Virus record (IMG/VR): IMGVR_UViG_3300042564_002756 | Location: 62,001-126,000 of that record | Length of the DNA stretch: 64,000 nt | Strand: one strand, 5' to 3' | DNA from: an uncultured virus (IMG/VR IMGVR_UViG_3300042564_002756) | Taxonomy: Duplodnaviria; Heunggongvirae; Uroviricota; Caudoviricetes | Notes under the pieces: model-generated | The model's input: only the letters and a program-made list of their open reading frames with translations | Told to the model about the DNA's origin: nothing | Databases searched by the model: none | In this document: one piece after another, positions 40,765 to 50,411 of the stretch | Layout of the letters: each line of letters opens with the position of its first letter | How positions within the stretch are numbered: position 1 is the stretch's first letter | Position numbers and translations under genes: made by a program

Positions 40765-40935
40765 ATGTAAGTACCCTTTCGTTTGAATTGTTAATAGAGA
40801 AAATAATTCATAGCCCTAGAAACAGGGTTACAATAAATATATTTAAAGGATTTTTAGTCTGTTTTGGTCAACATATGATATTTATTATCTACTATCTTCA
40901 ACATATTGACTTGTTACAACAAGTTACCAAAATTT

Positions 40936-41823
40936 CTATACGGCCATAGTTGCTTTTATAGTATCATGACTTTGATAGTTTGTCAACTTAAAACAGTCTA
41001 CATCATTCAATCTAAAACCACTTTTCAATCTATCTTCCAAATCAAACTCAGTGTCAATTTCCAGCCCGGGTAATGGATATTCTTCTCTTGAAAGTTGTTC
41101 TCGAACTTGATCAAAGTGATTTGAATAAATGTGTGCATCGCCAATTGTGTGCACATAGTCACCGACTCCAAGACCAACTTCTTTTGCAAGAATATGAGTC
41201 AAAAGTGCGTATGATGCAATATTAAATGGGACACCCAGAAACACATCTGCGCTTCTTTGATACATTTGGCAATTCAACTTGCCGTTAATAACCCTAAACT
41301 GGGCGAATGCATGACACGGAGGGAGTGCCATTTCATGTAGCTGGTTAGGGTTCCATGCTGATAGGATAATTCGTCTTGAATCTGGATTGGTTCTAAGTTG
41401 GTGTAGTATGGTTGTGATTTGGTCGACACCATTGTCGACCGAGAACCCGCCGAATTTACGCCACTGGAAACCATAAACGGGTCCGAGCTCTTTTGTAAAC
41501 TCGTTGTTGATATAGCCGAGGTCCTTACCCTGTTTATCGGCATTTGCAGTCCAGATTGTATTTCTTCCAACCAATTCCACTCGGTGTTTACCAAATGTGA
41601 GTTCTGAAAGCCGTCTTTCATCTGTACTTCCTTCAAGGAACCAGAGAATTTCTCCGACGACTGATTTCCACGCAAGCTTTTTCGTTGTAACCGCCGGGAA
41701 ACCTGCCGAGAGATCGAACCGCATTTGATATCCGAAAATGGATCGTGTTCCCACTCCAGTTCTGTCATTTACATCTTCTCCATGTTCTAAAATATCTTCT
41801 AATAGCTTATGATATTGTTTCAT
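40936..41823 (-). CDS. thyA: thymidylate synthase; start revised to MKQYHK
   Basis: DRTGVGT, LGPVYGFQWR, MALPPCH, YQRSADVFLGVPFNIASY, GDAHIYSNH. Confidence 0.97.
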   Translation of the reverse strand: MKQYHKLLEDILEHGEDVNDRTGVGTRSIFGYQMRFDLSAGFPAVTTKKLAWKSVVGEILWFLEGSTDERRLSELTFGKHRVELVGRNTIWTANADKQGKDLGYINNEFTKELGPVYGFQWRKFGGFSVDNGVDQITTILHQLRTNPDSRRIILSAWNPNQLHEMALPPCHAFAQFRVINGKLNCQMYQRSADVFLGVPFNIASYALLTHILAKEVGLGVGDYVHTIGDAHIYSNHFDQVREQLSREEYPLPGLEIDTEFDLEDRLKSGFRLNDVDCFKLTNYQSHDTIKATMAV

Positions 41824-42302
41824 ACTTTGCTCCAAATACTAAATGATAACCCATCTTGTTCTCGTGATGCCATTTCAGCGTAATCAGAAAGATATTCTTT
41901 CATCGGAACAAAAGTATCACATTGATAGTCACCAGGAATATGTGTTGTATAGATATTATCACATAAATGTAATGTTTGTTTATAGATATCAGCTCCACCG
42001 ATAAACCAAGTTTTTAGATCGGGGTATTCGAGTTTCAAAAGACGAATTAGTTTATCCATATCTCCAAAATAGCGACCATCGGGTTCACCTTTTATTTCAG
42101 ATCTTGTAACAACAATATTAGTTCTATTGGGCAATTTTTTATTACCTAATGATTCCCATGTTTTCCTGCCCATCACAACAACATGACCATTTGTACATTC
42201 TCTAAACCATTTCATATCAGCCGGATTATGTGGCCAGGGCAGCCCACCATTTTTACCAATACCATAATTGTCATCATGGGCTAAAATTGCATTTATCGTC
42301 AT
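41820..42302 (-). CDS. folA: dihydrofolate reductase
   Basis: GIGKNGGLPW, DMKWF, VVMGRKTWES, LPNRTNIV, FIGGA, CDTF. Confidence 0.95.
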   Translation of the reverse strand: MTINAILAHDDNYGIGKNGGLPWPHNPADMKWFRECTNGHVVVMGRKTWESLGNKKLPNRTNIVVTRSEIKGEPDGRYFGDMDKLIRLLKLEYPDLKTWFIGGADIYKQTLHLCDNIYTTHIPGDYQCDTFVPMKEYLSDYAEMASREQDGLSFSIWSKV

Positions 42303-42315
42303 AATATCTCCGTTT

Positions 42316-42323
42316 TATAAATA
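42316..42323 (+). promoter_or_regulatory. T4-type late promoter for the two plus-strand genes
   Basis: TATAAATA about 70 nt upstream of the ORF at 42394. Confidence 0.7.
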
Positions 42324-42393
42324 CTCAGTGAAATTCGTTCTGTAAATATTTGACCTATACCATGAATTTCATCACTAGAAAGGGAATAGGTCG

Positions 42394-42726
42394 ATGAATA
42401 TAGGAATACTTGGAATGTATATGTATTTACCAATAATTGCCTTAATAGTTGGTCTTGGTTTTGTATTTTTCTCCGGTGACGTGTTTAGATATCCGTGTCA
42501 AGATCCATTAAATTGGGAAAATGCAGAGTGCAAACCACCAGTTTGTAAAGCTGCAGGCTTGTGTACAGAAGATCTAATAAAATTTGATACTACCACAATA
42601 GAAGAAAAAATTACCGAAGATGTAATTGCTACTGATAATATGTCCGCTGTAGATGCTTTTATTGAAGATACTCCAGTAATTAATGACCAATTAAACACAT
42701 GCGAAGGGTCGTCAAATGTCCAATAA
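42394..42726 (+). CDS. membrane-anchored Cys-containing protein
   Basis: N-terminal TM segment, RYPCQDPxNW...CKPPVC...C; late promoter upstream. Confidence 0.7.
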   Translation: MNIGILGMYMYLPIIALIVGLGFVFFSGDVFRYPCQDPLNWENAECKPPVCKAAGLCTEDLIKFDTTTIEEKITEDVIATDNMSAVDAFIEDTPVINDQLNTCEGSSNVQ

Positions 42727-43015
42727 AAGAAAAACAGAAATTACCATAGAACTATTAAATGCTAAACTTAGATTCATTGTTGGAATTTGTCTAGCGTTTA
42801 CTCTTACAGGAACAATTTTTGCTGTTTTATACTCGTTGATACATGTTACTCAACCCATGTATACTTCACCTAATGATCAGCAATTCTTTGAATTAATACA
42901 ACCGATTGCAACATTTTTAACTGGAACACTTTCTGGTATTATGCTCGGTGGTGCAACTATATCAGGCCGCAGAAAAGAAGACGATGAAGACTCAGTAACT
43001 GAAACAAAAGAATAA
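42716..43015 (+). CDS. two-TM membrane protein with charged C-tail
   Basis: Two hydrophobic helices; overlaps the preceding gene; followed by a terminator. Confidence 0.75.
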   Translation: MSNKRKTEITIELLNAKLRFIVGICLAFTLTGTIFAVLYSLIHVTQPMYTSPNDQQFFELIQPIATFLTGTLSGIMLGGATISGRRKEDDEDSVTETKE

Positions 43016-43030
43016 AGTAAATACATACTG

Positions 43031-43062
43031 AAAGGTTGGTGCTTTATGCGCCAACCTTTTTC
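43031..43062 (+). terminator. intrinsic terminator between convergent genes
   Basis: AAAGGTTGGTGC-TTTAT-GCGCCAACCTTTTTT. Confidence 0.8.
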
Positions 43063-44063
43063 CACGACATCATTTTTAAATTAGCTTTCAGACCTTTGTA
43101 CGTATTATCTAATAATACTTTTTCAATATCAGTCATACCATTCATTACCATTTCATTAATATCTTTGCCTGGTAAATTAGATGGCCAAATGCATATTGAA
43201 TAACCATCACGGATAACTTTTTCCATTCGTTTGTGAATTTCTTTATTTCTTGGTTCAGAATCAAATACAAAAATTGCATTTTCAGGATTCTTTAAACCAG
43301 AAACATTACCATCAGCACCTGCCATGGCAACAGCATTTGATAAAAACATACTATCAATTGCACCTTCAACAACAAAGTATCTTTTGGTAAAATCAACTTT
43401 ATCAAGTCCAAAAACTTTTGGAACTTCTTCCAACATAATTGTAATATAGCGAAGACCATTTGGTTTAAACCCACGAGCAGATAATCCAAATACCTTTCCT
43501 TCACCATCAATAAAAGGTATTATTAAACGAGGTTCATCTTTGACCACATTAGGAAATTTATTCGGAATTAATGTATTGATCCATGTCATAAATTTCGGTG
43601 CATAATATAGTCTATAATGCTGAGCTGTAGGTATCTGTCGTTTATCAATATATTGTTTTACTGGATGGTCAAACGCAAGTTGACTAATCTTTTTGATAGT
43701 CTTTAGTGGATTGACATATTTCTTAAAATCTGGTTTTGATGATTTTAATTGATCCAAAGGCTGTGGCTGGGCATCTTTGGCATTTTTCATATATTTTTCA
43801 GTGATATAATCATTATATACAAGGTTATCAACATCTTTTAGAAATGTTTTGAATGTCTTGCTTGCATAACAATTATGACAATAAAAATGAAATGAATTGT
43901 TCTTTTCAAGTAACCAGCCGCGGGCCTTTACTCTGCTTTTCTGTGAATCGAGACATACAGGACATCTGAAATTTATTTTATATGGGTTGGTCGATTTAAC
44001 TTTAAATCTTTCTAGCCTAGAAGACAAAAGCATAGTATATTGAAGATCGACATAGTCAACCAT
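43044..44063 (-). CDS. gp61: T4 gp61-like DNA primase
   Basis: Zn finger NFRCPVC..KARG..YCHNC; EPRLIIPF, TOPRIM VVEGAIDSMF, FDSEPRNKEI, KDINEM. Confidence 0.95.
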   Translation of the reverse strand: MVDYVDLQYTMLLSSRLERFKVKSTNPYKINFRCPVCLDSQKSRVKARGWLLEKNNSFHFYCHNCYASKTFKTFLKDVDNLVYNDYITEKYMKNAKDAQPQPLDQLKSSKPDFKKYVNPLKTIKKISQLAFDHPVKQYIDKRQIPTAQHYRLYYAPKFMTWINTLIPNKFPNVVKDEPRLIIPFIDGEGKVFGLSARGFKPNGLRYITIMLEEVPKVFGLDKVDFTKRYFVVEGAIDSMFLSNAVAMAGADGNVSGLKNPENAIFVFDSEPRNKEIHKRMEKVIRDGYSICIWPSNLPGKDINEMVMNGMTDIEKVLLDNTYKGLKANLKMMSWKKVGA

Positions 44064-44121
44064 TTCTAATCACCTATTAATGTAATATTATTGTACCATT
44101 ATATATTCAAGTTGAAATTTG

Positions 44122-44595
44122 TCAACCGAAAAATATCGCCCAAGGTAATTTATTGATTATAAAGAGTAGAACTGCACCGATTCCTAGAATGTACCAGCGC
44201 CAGTTTTCTAGTGCCTGTATTCTTTTATCTTGGGTTTCAAGTTTTTCTGACATATTCCTGTTCATATTTTCAATAGAATCCAATAGTTCACGATGATGGC
44301 GCTCTCTTTCTTTCTGAGATGTTTCTTTCATATCATCAAACTTTGTTGTTAATTCTTTTCGAAATTGTACTTCTTCATCGTTGTGTTTTTTAATTGTCTC
44401 TTCGAGTGTTGTCACTCTTTTTTCATTATTTTCCAAGATATTTTCCTGAACTGCGATAGTTTTAAGTATTTCAGACATTTGACCAACAGCGCTGTCTATT
44501 TTAGTAAAAACATACTCAATCTGCTTTATATCTTTTTGTATCAATGCAATGTCGGTTTTTAAACTATTGATTTCATTGTCTACCATTGGTGACAT
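44122..44595 (-). CDS. coiled-coil protein with C-terminal TM segment
   Basis: Heptad-rich body; LENWRW followed by a hydrophobic tail. Confidence 0.7.
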   Translation of the reverse strand: MSPMVDNEINSLKTDIALIQKDIKQIEYVFTKIDSAVGQMSEILKTIAVQENILENNEKRVTTLEETIKKHNDEEVQFRKELTTKFDDMKETSQKERERHHRELLDSIENMNRNMSEKLETQDKRIQALENWRWYILGIGAVLLFIINKLPWAIFFG

Positions 44596-44863
44596 CCTCG
44601 TACTCAGTTTTTAATCGTTGGATTTTTTCGTTACCACGAGTCCAAGCAGCAACACCAAGAACTGCGCCCATTGCAGCATGGAAAATACCGCCTGATAGTA
44701 AAGTCAAAGGACTCCATTGCAATGATACTACACCTGTCACACCATATACCTGCACAATACTCCAAAAGATTGGAAATACTATAAAATCGAACAAGATAAT
44801 AACCATATAAACTACGGCCATCATAGGTCGCCAATATTTTTGTAACCAGGTATCTGCTTTCAT
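44573..44863 (-). CDS. putative holin (3TM/GTA-holin-like); start revised to MKADTW
   Basis: WRP motif, TM segments, GVAAWTRGNEK tail; next to spanin-like genes. Confidence 0.65.
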   Translation of the reverse strand: MKADTWLQKYWRPMMAVVYMVIILFDFIVFPIFWSIVQVYGVTGVVSLQWSPLTLLSGGIFHAAMGAVLGVAAWTRGNEKIQRLKTEYEDVTNGRQ

Positions 44864-44867
44864 ATGC

Positions 44868-45212
44868 TTATTTATATTGTGATTCATATATAGCTATAAT
44901 CTTCTTCTGTTGATCAATTAGTGCTCTCACATCAGATAAATTTAATGCTATATTTTCATATCCGCTAGTAGTCAATGCAAAGAATACAACTTCACCAGTT
45001 TTAATTTCTTTAAATTTTTCAACTGCATTTTCGGGAGTTATGATAATCCATTTAACTTCACGTAATCTAAGTTGATCTACTGTAGGAACTACTGGTGCTG
45101 GTTTTTGTATTTCAATAGTTCTAACTTCGACCGGTTTTACTGGTTCTATTTTAGTAGATGATCCGCAAGCTGCAAGAAAAACAATAGATGATAGCATTAC
45201 ATATTTTATCAC
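44868..45212 (-). CDS. putative o-spanin lipoprotein; GTG start at 45212
   Basis: Lipobox LAAC, Pro-rich segment; overlaps the i-spanin-like gene; GGAG RBS. Confidence 0.65.
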   Translation of the reverse strand: MIKYVMLSSIVFLAACGSSTKIEPVKPVEVRTIEIQKPAPVVPTVDQLRLREVKWIIITPENAVEKFKEIKTGEVVFFALTTSGYENIALNLSDVRALIDQQKKIIAIYESQYK

Positions 45213-45682
45213 TGCTTCAACTCCAAGAATAACCAGGGACATTCCGAATTAAATTGGCGCTCAGTTGTTGCCGCCATTTCTTTTTCATTTAGCGGCGCGC
45301 CGGACATCAATTCAAAACATCTTGTTGCATTTGACGAAGCACTATTTATAGTTCTTTCTACAAGACCTGGTTTTGCTGCGGCAAGAGCGCCTAGTTCATG
45401 ACGACCTAGGCGCTCTTTTAACTCGTTATTTTGTAATCGTACTATTTGAAACTCAGACTGTACTCGTGAAAAATCTTCTTGAACTTGTTGATATGATGCT
45501 TGTAGATTATCAATAGTTTGAACATTTTGATTATTAGCATTAGTAATAGTAAGATTATTTGCTTCAAGGGTAGCAGTATTTTCTATAAGTTGAGCAAGTT
45601 TCTTTTGAGTACTATAATAATAGGCGCCGGCAGCACTACTCATTAAAGCAACTAAAACACCTATGATAATCCACGATTGCAT
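45209..45682 (-). CDS. putative i-spanin
   Basis: N-terminal TM segment, long coiled coil, AKPGLVER, two C-terminal Cys. Confidence 0.65.
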   Translation of the reverse strand: MQSWIIIGVLVALMSSAAGAYYYSTQKKLAQLIENTATLEANNLTITNANNQNVQTIDNLQASYQQVQEDFSRVQSEFQIVRLQNNELKERLGRHELGALAAAKPGLVERTINSASSNATRCFELMSGAPLNEKEMAATTERQFNSECPWLFLELKQ

Positions 45683-45685
45683 TTA

Positions 45686-46342
45686 TTAATCTCTTGTAAG
45701 CTTCTTGATTGCTAAATCAACACCTGCAAGGCGCTTAGCTGCCTTTTCGCGTGGTGCATTAACATCTTTGTTGGTGGTTTTCATGATACTGCGCATCTTG
45801 TCTTTATCATCATAAGACATATGACGGTTCATCATACGATCCATTTCATCGGACTGTGCTTTCTTTTCACCATATTTAATAGCATTTGAGGCAGCATTAT
45901 CTGCAGCTTTGCTTACATATGATGCAAGTGTTGACTTTTTAAGTTCGTCAAGTTCTTCAGCTTCTTCAGACATCTTTACTTCGCCACTGCGACGCTTAAG
46001 GGCCATTGCACGACCGGCTGCTCTCTTCTTAAGAGTCTCGGTGTCTTTGCCGTCTTTAGACCAATCACCACCACCGACCATCATTTTGCCGGTGATGTCT
46101 CTGCCTTGCTCACCAGCCTTATTGTAATAGTTACGGACAGTGTCTTTTGAGAGTTCGTCAAGTTCTTCAGCTTCTTCTTTCATGTCTTCTTCATCATCAT
46201 CTTCATCTTCTTCATCTTCATCGTCGCTCATTTTTGCTTCAAGAGCAAGACGAATACGGCCACGAAGTTCTTCTGTAAGTGCTTCTTTTAGATCACGAGG
46301 ATTTTTATTAATTGCCTCTTGAATGATTCTTTGAATTGTCAT
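45686..46342 (-). CDS. probable prohead core/internal protein (gp67-like N-terminus plus two repeated modules)
   Basis: Helical N-terminus and acidic run as in T4 gp67; EEAEELDEL twice. Confidence 0.55.
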   Translation of the reverse strand: MTIQRIIQEAINKNPRDLKEALTEELRGRIRLALEAKMSDDEDEEDEDDDEEDMKEEAEELDELSKDTVRNYYNKAGEQGRDITGKMMVGGGDWSKDGKDTETLKKRAAGRAMALKRRSGEVKMSEEAEELDELKKSTLASYVSKAADNAASNAIKYGEKKAQSDEMDRMMNRHMSYDDKDKMRSIMKTTNKDVNAPREKAAKRLAGVDLAIKKLTRD

Positions 46343-46366
46343 TTGTCTATCCTTTAGTTGTAAAAA

Positions 46367-47089
46367 TTATTTTTTCTTTGCCGCTTCTTTTGCAGCAGCC
46401 GCGGCGGCCTGAGCTCTTACTTTATCAGCCTCTTTATCCGCTTTTCTTGATGCTCTCATCATATTTTGTGCACCACTATCACGATATGAGATTTCATCAA
46501 GTTCTATTTCTTCATTTGCCTTTTTTCTATTTGCAAATTCAGCCTTATCATATCCTTTATGATAAGCGGTTTCAGCACTATATTTGCCAGAGCGCATTCC
46601 AAAATGTGGGCCATAACCACGACCTAGTCCGTGTTTAAATGCCATTCTACCAGCTTCTTCGTGTTCACCGGTAGATTTTAGTTTGTCAACAATTTGTCGA
46701 CCTTCTGCTTCACTCAATTCAGTTTCTTCTTTCATCTTAACTGGAGATTCACTTGAAGTAAGGTGCCATTTAGCAGAGTCTTTGGCTGCTGCAAGAGATG
46801 ATTCAGTACCCACTTCGTGCTTTGCAGTATTACCGCCGATCCGAACTGAGTAACCATTACTTCCCATGGAAGAAGTTTTAGTAATTCTACCTACGGGGTT
46901 ACCATTGTGGTGAATGTGATGGTCGCCAGAATCCGTTTTCTTAAATGAAACTGATTCATCAAGATTAGCTTCTTCCATCTTTGCGGCAAGTGCTTCGGCA
47001 ATTCTTGCTTTTAGTTCTTCAACAAGTGCTTCTTTCATCTCTAAAGGGGCACCGTTTATTGATTCTTGGATTATCTTTTGAATTGTCAT
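46367..47089 (-). CDS. probable internal head protein; N-terminus paralogous to 45686-46342
   Basis: MTIQKIIQESIN...; NLDE, ELSE and ELDE linkers. Confidence 0.55.
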   Translation of the reverse strand: MTIQKIIQESINGAPLEMKEALVEELKARIAEALAAKMEEANLDESVSFKKTDSGDHHIHHNGNPVGRITKTSSMGSNGYSVRIGGNTAKHEVGTESSLAAAKDSAKWHLTSSESPVKMKEETELSEAEGRQIVDKLKSTGEHEEAGRMAFKHGLGRGYGPHFGMRSGKYSAETAYHKGYDKAEFANRKKANEEIELDEISYRDSGAQNMMRASRKADKEADKVRAQAAAAAAKEAAKKK

Positions 47090-47090
47090 A

Positions 47091-47981
47091 TTAGGCTCCT
47101 AATAATTTTCTGATTTGTTCATTATCCATAATACCATCTGCAGTATATTTATTAGTTCTCTGCCATGATCTGACTGCTATTTCAGTCTGGAGACCATAAA
47201 CACCATCAGCACCTAGACCTAATTTAGCTTGAACCTTTTTAACAACATCACCAGTTGATTTTTTCTGGATTGTTGGATAACTTGCAGGAGCTGCCTTTTC
47301 AGTTACTACAGCGGCAGCAGGTGCAGATTTAACCGCAGGTGCTGAACTTACTGAACCACCAACAATTGCTTTTGCCTTTTTGTATCTAGCAGTTCTATCT
47401 TCAAGACCGATAGTCCCACCATTAATTTTCTTTGTCATGCCTACGATATCATCTGCATCTGCAAATTTTTCAAGACCATTCTTTTTCCAGAACCAGCAGG
47501 CAGACTCAAGAGCACCTTTCTTTGTTCTTACATAAGCGGCAGCTTCATCGGCAGTCATACCAATGTCTTTAGCAAAGACGGAATAATTATTTCTACCGGT
47601 AAGTTGCTTTACGCCACCACCACGGAACTTCCAACCATCACCTGGTTGTGTATTGCCTAGCGCACCTTGCTTTGATCTATTTACATCCATGTAAACATAA
47701 TTAGCAATTTTTTCTGGATTTCTTGCATATGCAGCTGCATCTTCCTTACCAGCACCAAAATATCTTGGAAATACCTTCAAAAGAGACTCTGTGCTATAGT
47801 TAAGATTTTCCTCAAGTGCACGAAAGTCTTGTGACTCATGCGAACACTGAGCCATAAAACTAGCTATACGTAATGGTGTAGTTATATTATACTTTTCAAA
47901 AAAGTCAACTGCTATATCATACCACTCAGCTGCTTCTTTATTTGATGGGATCATTTGTTGAAATTGTGAAGTTGTAATCAT
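47091..47981 (-). CDS. glycoside hydrolase family 19 endolysin with C-terminal peptidoglycan-binding domain
   Basis: FMAQCSHES, ENLNYS, GDGWKFRGGG..QLTGRNNY, SACWFW, TKKINGG; ADGVYGLQT..AVRSWQ. Confidence 0.9.
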   Translation of the reverse strand: MITTSQFQQMIPSNKEAAEWYDIAVDFFEKYNITTPLRIASFMAQCSHESQDFRALEENLNYSTESLLKVFPRYFGAGKEDAAAYARNPEKIANYVYMDVNRSKQGALGNTQPGDGWKFRGGGVKQLTGRNNYSVFAKDIGMTADEAAAYVRTKKGALESACWFWKKNGLEKFADADDIVGMTKKINGGTIGLEDRTARYKKAKAIVGGSVSSAPAVKSAPAAAVVTEKAAPASYPTIQKKSTGDVVKKVQAKLGLGADGVYGLQTEIAVRSWQRTNKYTADGIMDNEQIRKLLGA

Positions 47982-48688
47982 TGTACTGCCATTGTCCTTA
48001 TATGTTTATTATATCTTTTCTTTGGGCGATAACCACTGACTGCGGTGTCGCCGGTTCCAGGTTCACCAACTACTGTATCAGATACTTTAATATCGGGCAC
48101 CGTTAAATCATCTTTTAGAAAATCTGAAAATGTTTTTCTACGCTTTAAGGGATCTGAATTAAAAGTTGCAGCTGCTCTTGTTCTATGCTTTTTCTGTTGA
48201 GCACGAGTTAAACCAGGTTCACCCTGTGGTCCAACACCAATACCTGCAATAGCACCAGAGCCAACTGACATACCAATTGCTCCATCTTCCTTTATTTTTT
48301 TGTTGACATCTTCTGAAAGTATGGTATAATTGATATACATATCATAAAATAAATCTATTGATTCATCCAATACATCTTCCGATATATCCTCATTGAGAGT
48401 AGAGGAATCAGAAAATTCGTTCCATTCACGGATTAACCAGAGTGCAGCCGCATATGATGCAACTTTAGATGAACCACCTGGTACTTTTGCAAGTAGTTTT
48501 TTCAATTTTAAAATCATAAGATCATATGTACGCAGGGAGTCTTTTTCTTCCTGGGTTTTTCGTTGATCTTTTTTCTTAAGAATATTCCCATCGGTATCAA
48601 TAATACCTAGTTTATAGGCACTCCAATCCTCAAAGGGTGTTGTTAGTCTTCTTAAGAATTGATAGACAAGATATAGATCTACTAACAA
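47978..48688 (-). CDS. conserved T4-like phage protein, possibly virion-associated
   Basis: YQFLRRLTTPFEDWSAYKLGIID.DGNILKK and SYAAALWL pattern recalled from T4-like phages. Confidence 0.7.
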   Translation of the reverse strand: MLVDLYLVYQFLRRLTTPFEDWSAYKLGIIDTDGNILKKKDQRKTQEEKDSLRTYDLMILKLKKLLAKVPGGSSKVASYAAALWLIREWNEFSDSSTLNEDISEDVLDESIDLFYDMYINYTILSEDVNKKIKEDGAIGMSVGSGAIAGIGVGPQGEPGLTRAQQKKHRTRAAATFNSDPLKRRKTFSDFLKDDLTVPDIKVSDTVVGEPGTGDTAVSGYRPKKRYNKHIRTMAVQ

Positions 48689-48702
48689 ATCAGTATTCCT
48701 TA

Positions 48703-49299
48703 TTATTTAGTAAGACGATTAACAGCACGATTAATCCCAGTTTTTCGATTTAATCTCATTTTATTGAGTTTCTTGTATTCTGGGCTTTTCATATCGGAGG
48801 TATGACCAATATCTCTTTGAATATGAGTAAGATCATCTGCTGATTTCTTGACATATGAACCAAGAGTTTTCTTGTCCAGTTCATCAATCTGTTCTACTTC
48901 TTCATAATTCATTTTAGACATCATGCGCTTCTCACCTTCTGCATATGCGTGTAGAGTTTGCATTTGGTCGTGTATGGATGCAAGTTTATTCTGATACCAT
49001 TCTTCAGGGTCTGAACCCATGTCAAGGTATTCCATGATTTCCTCTGCTGCGTATGCAATGAATTGAAGTTGACGCATCATCATTGGAACTTCTTCCCATG
49101 CATTTTCATCAAGATCAGTTTCTTCGTTTTTCTCGATACCCTTAGCAATCTTATGAGCTTTTCTAATTGTGCTCTTTTCAAGCGGTGGTTCGTCACCAGT
49201 GGCCTTCATAGCAGCAGCCATACCTATTGCATATGGATTTGTCGCTTTTTCTTCGAGCTGTTCTATCATCATTGAGATAACTAAATCTTTCATCGACAT
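48703..49299 (-). CDS. modular probable internal head protein
   Basis: NPYAIGMAAA module; DLDE and QIDE linkers; C-terminal repeat module. Confidence 0.6.
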   Translation of the reverse strand: MSMKDLVISMMIEQLEEKATNPYAIGMAAAMKATGDEPPLEKSTIRKAHKIAKGIEKNEETDLDENAWEEVPMMMRQLQFIAYAAEEIMEYLDMGSDPEEWYQNKLASIHDQMQTLHAYAEGEKRMMSKMNYEEVEQIDELDKKTLGSYVKKSADDLTHIQRDIGHTSDMKSPEYKKLNKMRLNRKTGINRAVNRLTK

Positions 49300-49674
49300 T
49301 TATATTTCTCCTAGTTTTTCGGTTATTATAGGGTCAGAATTAATCTTATTAGCATATATAATTTTGCCATCATATTCTATATAATCTGGCATAAAATTTA
49401 AATAGTCTACAAATGGTTTTAAATAGTCTTGATAATCACTTAGTTTCATAAAAAGCATATTAGTTGCTTCTGTTCCGAAACAATTATATATGATAATAAG
49501 ATGATTGAGAATCAACCTCTCTTTCAAATCCCCAAATTGTTTGTATCGACCAAAAAGTTTTCGTAGATATTGAAACCTTTTCATGTCTTCTTCAAATTCA
49601 GTAATATCATAACAATGTGGGTTATCATAATGCTTTGCAGCATATAATAGAAAAGTTGATTCCCCTAGTTTCAT
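49300..49674 (-). CDS. conserved T4-like hypothetical protein
   Basis: LYAAKHYDNP.C...EFEEDMKRF.Y..LKERLILNH. Confidence 0.75.
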   Translation of the reverse strand: MKLGESTFLLYAAKHYDNPHCYDITEFEEDMKRFQYLRKLFGRYKQFGDLKERLILNHLIIIYNCFGTEATNMLFMKLSDYQDYLKPFVDYLNFMPDYIEYDGKIIYANKINSDPIITEKLGEI

Positions 49675-49680
49675 TCCAGA

Positions 49681-50307
49681 TTATGATGAAGTTACAGTTA
49701 GAATTGCTGTAGATGATGTTATAATCTGAGAAGTATTAGTTGGTGCTGAAACAAGTACACGATACTTGTCGCCATTTGTTGCACCAGCTCCTGGAGCTAC
49801 TGCAGTTGCACCTGTGGTATAACTAGCAGTTGTTCCGCCGCTACCTGTGGATACGTTGGTCCAAGTAGTACCAGATTCAGTGGATTGCTGTACTTGCCAC
49901 TGATAGGTAATTGTGGTTGAAGGTGTTGCTGTTGCTGTAACAGAGAATGTTCCAGTAGCAGGCGCGACTCTAGAAATACTTGCAGGTTGTACTGTAATTG
50001 CAAGCAATGTATCTGGAACAGTAAGATCTTCTGTTGCAGTATTATTAGTAATACCAACGTCAGTTGCATCAGCAGCAGATACTTTCATTGGAATAAGTGG
50101 TTCTACGCGAAGTCTTCCATTACCAATATCTTGAACTAGGTTCCAACCTGGTGTCTTGATACCTTTTGCTCTATTTGTCTCTACTGCAGCTTCTGTAGTA
50201 TCTACAAAGAATGCATTATCAACATCAGTTTGTGGTGATGCTCCGGAAGCACTGGTTAGATACTTTGGTGCTGATGCAGCAGTATCAGTTTTTCCCCATA
50301 GTGGCAT
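49681..50307 (-). CDS. virion protein with C-terminal Ig-like domain
   Basis: MPLWGKTD N-terminus; ITVQP...FSVTA...TYQWQ...YRVLVS...AILTV. Confidence 0.75.
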   Translation of the reverse strand: MPLWGKTDTAASAPKYLTSASGASPQTDVDNAFFVDTTEAAVETNRAKGIKTPGWNLVQDIGNGRLRVEPLIPMKVSAADATDVGITNNTATEDLTVPDTLLAITVQPASISRVAPATGTFSVTATATPSTTITYQWQVQQSTESGTTWTNVSTGSGGTTASYTTGATAVAPGAGATNGDKYRVLVSAPTNTSQIITSSTAILTVTSS

Positions 50308-50411
50308 TTTTAGTCTCCTTTTTAATTTCTTCTTTTGTTAATTCAAGTCTGGTAAGTTCATTAATATGATACGGATCAAAGTTATTAATTATGTCTTGTA
50401 ATAAAGTACCA

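Noticed and set aside
40834..40845. Palindrome TAAATATATTTA upstream of nrdB as an NrdR box
   Set aside because: Lacks the conserved C/G positions of NrdR boxes and is expected by chance in AT-rich DNA.
41274..41768. 164-aa alternative-frame ORF inside thymidylate synthase
   Set aside because: No motifs or clear RBS; fully nested in a conserved gene.
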